Positions 25,304 to 32,000 of a stretch of 32,000 bases of DNA are shown piece after piece. The translations under genes were made by a program, and so were the position numbers. How positions within the stretch are numbered: the first letter of the stretch is position 1; every line of letters begins with the position of its first letter. Below the pieces are notes generated by a model. That model worked only from the letters and a program-made list of their open reading frames with translations. It was not told the origin of the DNA and did not search any database. Source of the stretch: Vibrio cholerae ATCC 14035 (lineage in GTDB: Bacteria > Pseudomonadota > Gammaproteobacteria > Enterobacterales > Vibrionaceae); the NCBI RefSeq assembly GCF_000621645.1, contig NZ_JHXR01000004.1, positions 60,001 through 92,000 on the forward strand, in the 5' to 3' direction.

Positions 25304-27589
25304 TTAGATCTTACAAGCGCCGCTGGCACAATCGTCTTCCTGCACTTTCACCGTAGCATCGGTCTGCTCGTCTTTCGCGCCATCACGAGTGTTATGGTAG
25401 TACAAGGTTTTCACACCAAACTTATACGCTGTCAGCAGATCTTGGAGCAGTTTTTTCATCGGTACTTTGCCAGAATCGAAATTGCTTGGATCGTAGTTAG
25501 TATTGGCAGAGATCGCTTGGTCAACGAACTTTTGCATGATACCCACTAAGTGCAGATAGCCATCGTTTGAGCCGATGTTCCACAGCAGTTCATAGTTCTC
25601 TTTTAAGCGAGTGAATTCTGGAACCACTTGTTTCAAGATACCGTCTTTTGAGGCTTTGACCGAGACGTAACCACGTGGTGGCTCAATACCGTTGGTCGCG
25701 TTAGAGATTTGCGATGAAGTCTCAGAAGGCATCAGTGCCGTCAGCGTAGAGTTACGCAGACCGTGTTCCATGATCTCGTGACGCAGCTTATCCCAGTCGT
25801 AATGCAGAGGCTCTGCACACACCAGATCGATATCTTTCTTATAAGTATCGATTGGCATCAAGCCTTTCGCGTAGTTGGTCTCATGGAACAGTGGGCAACG
25901 ACCTTGTTCTTTCGCCAGCTTCATAGAAGCGCGCAGCAAGTGATACTGCATGGCTTCAAACGTGCGGTGCGTCAGGCCATTTGCGCTGCCGTCAGAGTAT
26001 TTCACACCGTTTTTCGCTAGGTAGTAAGCGTAGTTGATCACACCCACACCCAGAGTACGGCGGTTCATTGAAGAACGACGTGCCGCAGGCAGTGGGTAGT
26101 CTTGGTAATCCAATAATGCATCTAGAGCACGAACCACAAGGTCAGACAGCTCTTCAAAATCATCCAGTGACTCAATCGCGCCTAAGTTAAACGCAGAGAG
26201 GGTACACAGAGCAATTTCACCGCTTTCATCTTCCACATTCGCCAGTGGCGAAGTCGGTAGCGCGATTTCCAGACACAGGTTTGATTGACGCACAGGTGCA
26301 ACCGCCGCATCAAATGGGCTGTGCGTGTTACAGTGGTCAACGTTTTGGATGTAGATACGGCCTGTTGAAGCACGCTCTTGCATCAGCAGAGTAAAGATTT
26401 CCAGCGCTTTAACGGTTTTCTTCTTAATTGAAGGATCGTTTTCGTACTTCACGTACAGGCGTTCGAACTCATCCTGATCTTGGAAGAAAGCGTCGTACAG
26501 TCCCGGCACATCAGAAGGAGAGAACAGGGTAATGTTGCCACCTTCAACCAGACGCTTGTACATCAGTTTGTTGAGCTGAACACCGTAATCCATATGACGA
26601 ACACGGTTCTCTTCTACACCACGGTTGTTCTTCAGAACCAGCAGAGATTCCGCTTCACCATGCCACAGAGGGTAGAATACGGTTGCTGCACCACCACGAA
26701 CACCACCTTGCGAGCAGCATTTCACTGCGGTTTGGAAGTATTTGTAGAAGGGGATACAGCCAGTGTGGAACGCTTCACCACCACGGATTTCCGAACCCAG
26801 CGCACGAATGCGGCCTGCGTTGATACCAATACCGGCACGTTGAGAAACGTAGCGAACAATCGAGCTTGCCGTTGCATTGATAGAATCAAGGCTGTCACCA
26901 CATTCAATCAGTACACAAGAGCTGAACTGACGAGTAGGAGTACGTACACCCGACATAATCGGTGTAGGTAGCGAGATCTTAAAGGTCGACGTCGCATCGT
27001 AGAAACGCTTGATGTAATCAAGGCGCGTCTCTTTGGGATACTTCGCAAACAGGCAAGCCGCAACCAGAATATAGAGGAACTGTGCACTTTCGTAGATTTG
27101 GCCGGTAACACGGTTTTGTACGAAATATTTGCCTTCAAGCTGTTTCACTGCAGCGTAAGAGAAATCAAGGTCACGACGGTGATCAATGAACTGATCCATC
27201 AGCTCCAGCTCTTCACGGGTATAGTCTTCGAGCAAATGCTTGTCGTATTTGCCTTTCTCAACCATCTTGGTGACATGAGCGAGCAGTGTAGGTGGCTCGT
27301 ATTGACCGTAGGCCTTTTTGCGCAGGTGGAAAACCGCAAGACGCGCAGCAAGGTATTGGTAGTCGGGGGTCTCTTCTGAGATCAGATCCGCTGCTGACTT
27401 AATGATGGTTTCATGAATGTCTGAAGTCGTAATGCCGTCATAGAACTGAATGTGAGCGCGCAGTTCTACTTGTGAGACAGATACGTTTTGCAGACCTTCG
27501 GCAGCCCAAGTGATCACTCGGTGGATCTTATCCAGATCAATGTTTTCTTTGCGGCCATCACGCTTGGTGACAGTAAGTTGTTGGTTCAT
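25304..27589 (-). CDS. nrdA: Ribonucleoside-diphosphate reductase class Ia alpha subunit
   Basis: 761 aa with an ATP-cone N-terminus (VTKRDGRKENIDLDKIHRV), the active-site region SNLCLEI and the C-terminal CASGACKI redox pair. Confidence 0.97.
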   Translation of the reverse strand: MNQQLTVTKRDGRKENIDLDKIHRVITWAAEGLQNVSVSQVELRAHIQFYDGITTSDIHETIIKSAADLISEETPDYQYLAARLAVFHLRKKAYGQYEPPTLLAHVTKMVEKGKYDKHLLEDYTREELELMDQFIDHRRDLDFSYAAVKQLEGKYFVQNRVTGQIYESAQFLYILVAACLFAKYPKETRLDYIKRFYDATSTFKISLPTPIMSGVRTPTRQFSSCVLIECGDSLDSINATASSIVRYVSQRAGIGINAGRIRALGSEIRGGEAFHTGCIPFYKYFQTAVKCCSQGGVRGGAATVFYPLWHGEAESLLVLKNNRGVEENRVRHMDYGVQLNKLMYKRLVEGGNITLFSPSDVPGLYDAFFQDQDEFERLYVKYENDPSIKKKTVKALEIFTLLMQERASTGRIYIQNVDHCNTHSPFDAAVAPVRQSNLCLEIALPTSPLANVEDESGEIALCTLSAFNLGAIESLDDFEELSDLVVRALDALLDYQDYPLPAARRSSMNRRTLGVGVINYAYYLAKNGVKYSDGSANGLTHRTFEAMQYHLLRASMKLAKEQGRCPLFHETNYAKGLMPIDTYKKDIDLVCAEPLHYDWDKLRHEIMEHGLRNSTLTALMPSETSSQISNATNGIEPPRGYVSVKASKDGILKQVVPEFTRLKENYELLWNIGSNDGYLHLVGIMQKFVDQAISANTNYDPSNFDSGKVPMKKLLQDLLTAYKFGVKTLYYHNTRDGAKDEQTDATVKVQEDDCASGACKI

Positions 27590-27676
27590 TCTGCTTCATT
27601 TCCCTAACAAAACTGATAAAAGCCGTGTTTTTGTCTAAATCTTGTAAATTGAATCGAGGCTTTTGTGATCGAGCTC

Positions 27677-27713
27677 GCCCTACATATAGTGTCATAAACA
27701 CTATATGTAGGGG
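27677..27713 (-). promoter_or_regulatory. Two tandem NrdR boxes in the nrdA promoter region
   Basis: ACACTATATGTAGGGG (27698-27713) and its mirror (27677-27692) each match 13 of 16 positions of the NrdR-box consensus acaCwAtATaTwGtgt. Their centres are 21 bp apart. Confidence 0.65.
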
Positions 27714-27782
27714 TGCTTCAGTGTTCGGGTTACAAGATAGTGCTATAGCATCGGTATTGCAAGTTACAGCTTTGGGACATTT

Positions 27783-27791
27783 TGTGGATAA
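27783..27791 (-). promoter_or_regulatory. DnaA box upstream of nrdA
   Basis: The minus strand reads TTATCCACA, a perfect 9-mer consensus, about 195 nt upstream of the nrdA ATG. Confidence 0.5.
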
Positions 27792-27981
27792 CTAGCAAAA
27801 TTAAAAAAATCAGTTAGTACCTACTTACTGATGATCTAAGAGCAGAATTGATTGTAAAAAATCGCCGTTTGCACATCGCTTTATTCGTAACCACAAACGA
27901 AAAAAAATTTCTTGATCTTTAAGGAAAAATTCACCCTAAAAATGGATCGTTTAAAATGGAATCAAACGCACGAAAAATAGG

Positions 27982-28011
27982 CTAAAAAAGCGCGGTAACT
28001 TGTGCTACCGC
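27982..28011 (-). terminator. Rho-independent terminator after ubiG
   Basis: The minus strand reads gcggta-gcacaagt-taccgc followed by GCTTTTTTAG. Confidence 0.7.
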
Positions 28012-28037
28012 ATCGATTTTTTAGCGTGGAGTATGCG

Positions 28038-28775
28038 CTAAAAAAGGCGAGTATGGACGATGTAATTCACATCGACATTCGACCCTAAACGATAGGTATC
28101 GGTAAACGGATTGTAGTGTAAACCTGTGATGCCTTGTTCTTGCAGCGCAGTATGATCAACCATCTTCAAAAGCTCAGAAGGGCGAATGAATTTGTTGTGG
28201 TCATGCGTGCCTTCTGGAACGATTTTCAGCAGCTTCTCAGCCCCCACAATCGCAAATAGATAGGATTTGACGTTGCGATTCAGGGTCGAGAAAAACACAT
28301 GGCCGCCGGGCTTAACCAGTTTGGCGCAAGACTGGATCACGGAAAGTGGGTCAGGAACGTGCTCCAGCATCTCCATGCAAGTCACTACATCATAGGTGTG
28401 CGGGTTGGCCTCAGCATGTGCTTCCACCGTGCTTTGGATGTAGGTGAGTTTGGTACCCGTCTCAAGGGCATGTAAACGTGCTACTTCAAGCGGCTCTTTC
28501 CCCATATCAAGACCAGTCACTTGTGCGCCTTCGCGCGCCATGCTTTCGGCTAAAATGCCGCCACCACAGCCGACATCCAAAACCCTCTTCCCAAACAGGC
28601 CATTGGCTTTTTCTAGCACATAGTTCAAACGTAGAGGGTTGATCTGGTGTAAAGGCTTAAATTCGCCTTCCAGATCCCACCAACGGGAAGCCATATCCTC
28701 AAATTTTTTGATTTCATTAGGATCGACGTTCTGTGTTGCTGTCAGTGGTGTCGAAGCCAAGTCTATTGAAGCCAT
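28038..28775 (-). CDS. ubiG: Bifunctional 3-demethylubiquinol 3-O-methyltransferase / 2-polyprenyl-6-hydroxyphenol methylase
   Basis: Collinear with E. coli UbiG as I recall it ([47 protein letters not shown]). Confidence 0.95.
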   Translation of the reverse strand: MASIDLASTPLTATQNVDPNEIKKFEDMASRWWDLEGEFKPLHQINPLRLNYVLEKANGLFGKRVLDVGCGGGILAESMAREGAQVTGLDMGKEPLEVARLHALETGTKLTYIQSTVEAHAEANPHTYDVVTCMEMLEHVPDPLSVIQSCAKLVKPGGHVFFSTLNRNVKSYLFAIVGAEKLLKIVPEGTHDHNKFIRPSELLKMVDHTALQEQGITGLHYNPFTDTYRLGSNVDVNYIVHTRLF

Positions 28776-28994
28776 CTTGTATCGCCTGTGTTACGCATCC
28801 GTGAAGAGTGGGCATTATAGCGCGCTGAGTAAATCGCACCAGTTGAGATGCCAGATTTGACGATGAGCGTTTAAAAAACAACCATCTAACTTTGCCAAGT
28901 GCAAGGAATGTGTAAATTCTCGGCATTTAAGACGCAACCAAGGTCACAACCTGATAAAAGGTCAGGGAAAGTAATGCCGAAGCGTGGAAAGATG

Positions 28995-29003
28995 TGTTAT
29001 ATT
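28995..29003 (+). promoter_or_regulatory. Candidate extended -10 promoter element for gyrA
   Basis: TGtTATATT lies about 125 nt upstream of the gyrA ATG. The -35 (TGCCGA) is weak. Pattern match only. Confidence 0.3.
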
Positions 29004-29126
29004 TTTTCACCTTATAAGTATCAAGAATATCCAGTTCTCGACTGACTTGGCGCTCAATCTTGTAGTGAGCTTCGTTTCAGTAAGAATTTGGGTATACCGA
29101 TCAAACTATAGAGGGATAATGGCTCT

Positions 29127-31811
29127 ATGAGCGATCTAGCTAAAGAGATCACGCCCGTAAACATCGAAGACGAGCTACGCAGTTCGTATTTGGACTACGC
29201 GATGTCGGTTATCGTGGGTCGTGCTCTTCCTGATGTGCGTGATGGCCTTAAACCAGTACACCGACGCGTACTGTTCGCGATGAATGTGCTGGGCAACGAC
29301 TGGAACAAAGCCTATAAAAAATCTGCCCGTGTGGTAGGTGACGTAATCGGTAAATATCACCCTCATGGTGACAGTGCGGTTTACGACACCATCGTGCGTA
29401 TGGCGCAGCCTTTCTCACTTCGTTACATGTTGGTCGATGGCCAAGGTAACTTTGGCTCGATCGACGGCGACTCCGCGGCGGCAATGCGTTATACCGAAGT
29501 TCGTATGTCGAAAATCGCGCACGAACTCTTGGCAGACCTAGACAAAGAAACCGTTGACTACGTTCCGAACTATGACGGCACCGAGCAGATCCCTGCGGTA
29601 TTGCCGACAAAGATCCCGAACCTGCTGATCAACGGCGCATCTGGTATTGCGGTGGGTATGGCAACCAACATTCCTCCGCACAATTTAGGTGAAGTGATCG
29701 ATGGCTGTTTAGCCTACATCGATAATGAAGCGATCACCATTGATGAGTTGATGGACTACATTCCTGGTCCAGATTTCCCAACCGCCGCGCTGATCAGTGG
29801 CCGTAAAGGCATCATTGACGCGTACAAAACCGGCCGCGGCAAGGTTTACATGCGCTCGAAAGCGGAAATCGAAACCGATAAGAACGGCAAAGAAACCATT
29901 ATCGTCAGCGAAATCCCTTATCAAGTGAACAAAGCGCGCTTGATCGAAAAAATCGCTGAGTTGGTGAAAGAGAAAAAAGTCGAAGGGATCAGTGCACTGC
30001 GTGACGAGTCTGACAAAGACGGTATGCGCATTGTGATTGAGTGTAAGCGTGATGCGGTTGGCGAAGTGGTTTTGAACAACCTGTATGCCAACACTCAGCT
30101 GCAAACCACCTTCGGTATCAACATGGTGGCACTCGATAACGGTCAGCCTAAGCTGTTTAACCTGAAAGAGATGCTGAAGTGTTTCGTCGACCACCGCCGC
30201 GAAGTGGTGACTCGTCGTACTATTTTTGAACTGCGTAAAGCGCGTGAGCGTGCCCACATCCTTGAAGGTTTGGCACTGGCTCTGGCTAACATTGATGAAA
30301 TCATTGAACTGATCCGCCGTGCCGCCACGCCTGCAGAAGCAAAAGAAGGCTTAATTGCCCGTGGTTGGGATCTTGGCAACGTTGCGGCAATGCTTGAGCG
30401 TGCAGGTACGGATGCGGCGCGTCCTGAGTGGCTTGAGCCACAATACGGCATCCGCGATGGCAAGTACTTCCTGACTGAGCAACAAGCGCAAGCGATTCTG
30501 GATCTGCGTCTGCACAAGCTGACTGGTCTAGAGCACGAGAAGATCCTCGATGAGTACAAGCAGCTTCTCGAAGAAATCGCGGCATTGATGCACATTCTGG
30601 CGAGCACAGAGCGCTTGATGGAAGTGATCCGTGAAGAGCTAGAAGCGATTCGCGCTGGCTTTAGCGATGCGCGCCGCACTGAAATCACGGCAGCAACGCA
30701 CGACATCGACATGGAAGAGCTGATCGCTCGTGAAGATGTGGTTGTGACTCTGTCACACGAAGGTTATGTGAAGTATCAATTACTGAGCGACTACGAAGCA
30801 CAGCGTCGTGGTGGTAAAGGTAAGAGCGCAACCAAGATGAAAGAAGAGGACTACATTGAGCGTCTTCTGGTTGCCAATACTCACGATAACATTCTGCTGT
30901 TCTCGACTCGCGGCAAAACTTACCGTATGAAGGTATACCAACTGCCGCTCGCCAGCCGTACTGCGCGTGGTAAGCCAATCGTGAACCTGCTTCCTCTGGA
31001 AGAAAACGAGCGCATCACCGCGATTCTGCCAGTGACTGAGTTTAGTGAAGATAAATTCATCTTCATGGCAACCGGTGACGGTACTGTGAAGAAAACATCG
31101 CTGGATCAGTTTGCCAACGTTCGTGCGAATGGTTTGATTGCGCTCAACCTGCGTGACGAAGACTCGCTGATTGGTGTGGATATCACCGATGGCGAAAGCG
31201 AAATTATGCTGTTCTCTAAATTCGGTAAAGTGGTTCGCTTTAAAGAGTCCGAAGAAACCGCGGTTGTGGATGAAAATGGTCAACCTGTGCTGGATGAAAA
31301 TGGCCAGCCAGAGATCAAGTTCAAAGGCGTAAGACCAATGGGTCGTACCGCTGCGGGTGTTCGCGGCATGAAACTGGCTGATGGCGACCAAGTGGTATCG
31401 CTCATCGTGCCGAAGACCGAAGGTGACGTACTCACCGTAACTGAAAATGGTTACGGCAAACGTACCAGCCTATCTGAATACCCAACCAAAGGTCGTGGAA
31501 CTCAGGGTGTGGTTTCGATCAAAGTCTCTGAGCGTAACGGCAGCGTTGTGGGTGCAGTACAAGTGGCCGAGGGTGATGAGTTCATGATGATCACCAATGC
31601 CGGTACACTGGTACGTACTCGCGTGGCGGAAGTGAGCCAAGTGGGCCGTAATACTCAAGGCGTGACCCTGATCCGTACTTCGGAAGGTGAAAGTGTGGTA
31701 GGTCTGCAGCGTATCGATGAAATCGAAGAGTCGGAATTGCCAGAAGGTGAGGAAGCACTTGTCGAGAACGATGCACCTGTTGCACAAGATGATGATGGTG
31801 AACAAGAGTAA
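29127..31811 (+). CDS. gyrA: DNA gyrase subunit A
   Basis: 894 aa with the QRDR sequence [18 protein letters not shown], the catalytic-Tyr region AAMRYTEVR, the GyrA-box QRRGGKG and an acidic C-terminal tail. Confidence 0.98.
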   Translation: MSDLAKEITPVNIEDELRSSYLDYAMSVIVGRALPDVRDGLKPVHRRVLFAMNVLGNDWNKAYKKSARVVGDVIGKYHPHGDSAVYDTIVRMAQPFSLRYMLVDGQGNFGSIDGDSAAAMRYTEVRMSKIAHELLADLDKETVDYVPNYDGTEQIPAVLPTKIPNLLINGASGIAVGMATNIPPHNLGEVIDGCLAYIDNEAITIDELMDYIPGPDFPTAALISGRKGIIDAYKTGRGKVYMRSKAEIETDKNGKETIIVSEIPYQVNKARLIEKIAELVKEKKVEGISALRDESDKDGMRIVIECKRDAVGEVVLNNLYANTQLQTTFGINMVALDNGQPKLFNLKEMLKCFVDHRREVVTRRTIFELRKARERAHILEGLALALANIDEIIELIRRAATPAEAKEGLIARGWDLGNVAAMLERAGTDAARPEWLEPQYGIRDGKYFLTEQQAQAILDLRLHKLTGLEHEKILDEYKQLLEEIAALMHILASTERLMEVIREELEAIRAGFSDARRTEITAATHDIDMEELIAREDVVVTLSHEGYVKYQLLSDYEAQRRGGKGKSATKMKEEDYIERLLVANTHDNILLFSTRGKTYRMKVYQLPLASRTARGKPIVNLLPLEENERITAILPVTEFSEDKFIFMATGDGTVKKTSLDQFANVRANGLIALNLRDEDSLIGVDITDGESEIMLFSKFGKVVRFKESEETAVVDENGQPVLDENGQPEIKFKGVRPMGRTAAGVRGMKLADGDQVVSLIVPKTEGDVLTVTENGYGKRTSLSEYPTKGRGTQGVVSIKVSERNGSVVGAVQVAEGDEFMMITNAGTLVRTRVAEVSQVGRNTQGVTLIRTSEGESVVGLQRIDEIEESELPEGEEALVENDAPVAQDDDGEQE

Positions 31812-31874
31812 TTTGCTCTGTCATACCCCTGCCTAATCACCCTTGGGTAGGGAAATTCATAAAGTGCCTAATCA

Positions 31875-31900
31875 AAGCCGGACAATCGTCCGGCTTTTTT
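31875..31900 (+). terminator. Rho-independent terminator after gyrA
   Basis: aagccggac-aatc-gtccggctt forms a 9-bp stem running into a T6 tract. Confidence 0.85.
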
Positions 31901-32000
31901 GATCCTGCCTATGCCTAGATAGCAGTACTATTGATCGCATCAGACGCTATACCCCCAAAAACACTCCGTATTTGTCATCGGTTTGCTTGGGTATAATGCC

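Noticed and set aside
29175-31840. Long antisense ORFs inside gyrA, such as 30143-30712 (189 aa), 30780-31391 (203 aa) and 29709-30257 (182 aa).
   Set aside because: They lie opposite a highly conserved, strongly codon-biased gene. They have low-complexity Ser/Arg-rich or otherwise odd compositions and no SD. This is typical shadow-frame behaviour. The same reasoning applies to the antisense ORFs within tcyP, nrdA, purT, cdd, sbcB and the MCP gene.
31980-32000. A perfect TATAAT at 31991-31996 as a promoter for a downstream gene.
   Set aside because: The best -35 (TTGTCA) is only 14 nt away, and the window ends before any downstream gene can be seen, so it cannot be supported.
1-32000. A mobile element, prophage, genomic island, defence system or toxin-antitoxin pair.
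   Set aside because: I recognised no integrase, transposase, recombinase, phage structural, restriction, Cas or TA-like ORF. Gene order is that of conserved housekeeping loci. By eye, base composition shows no obvious discontinuity.

Overview
The window looks like a core chromosomal segment of a Vibrio, and gene content, order and protein sequences fit Vibrio cholerae chromosome I. That assignment is an inference from memory, since no search was possible.

Gene order:
- Truncated exported protein (-), tpm (+), purT (-), AEC-family transporter (-), cdd (-).
- yohK/lrgB-like (-), yohJ/lrgA-like (-), sbcB (-), tcyP/ydjN-like cystine transporter (-), msrB (+).
- cobT-cobS-cobU-cobC cobamide nucleotide-loop genes (+), astE-like gene (+), btuC-btuD (+).
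- MazG/COG4696-like pyrophosphohydrolase (-), DUF2750-like protein (-), Cache/HAMP chemoreceptor (-), GcvR-like ACT protein (-), exported DUF3943-like protein (-).
- cinA-like (+), an 84-codon orphan ORF (+), yfaE-nrdB-nrdA (-), ubiG (-), gyrA (+).

I found no transposase, integrase, prophage, CRISPR array, tRNA or rRNA. All long ORFs are intact.

Non-coding content:
- Five same-orientation copies of an ERIC/IRU-type intergenic repeat: three of about 117-135 bp and two 46-bp miniature forms.
- A PurR box upstream of purT.
- A CRP-type promoter for cdd.
- Tandem NrdR boxes and a DnaA box upstream of nrdA.
- Several Rho-independent terminators.

The most interesting signal is the gene-less gap after btuD (about 16625-16926). 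It holds a full sigma-54 enhancer-type promoter (repeat/dyad UAS, consensus IHF site, TGGCAC-N5-TCGCA). The promoter drives about 160 nt with no coding potential, a CU-rich loop and a strong terminator. I read this as an orphan sigma-54-dependent small RNA that is not a Qrr.

Secondary leads:
- A 28-codon very basic ORF with a perfect SD.
- A terminator abutting the btuC start codon.
- A cob/btu cluster with no cobalamin riboswitch.
- A tandem-repeat insertion in the GyrA C-terminal domain.
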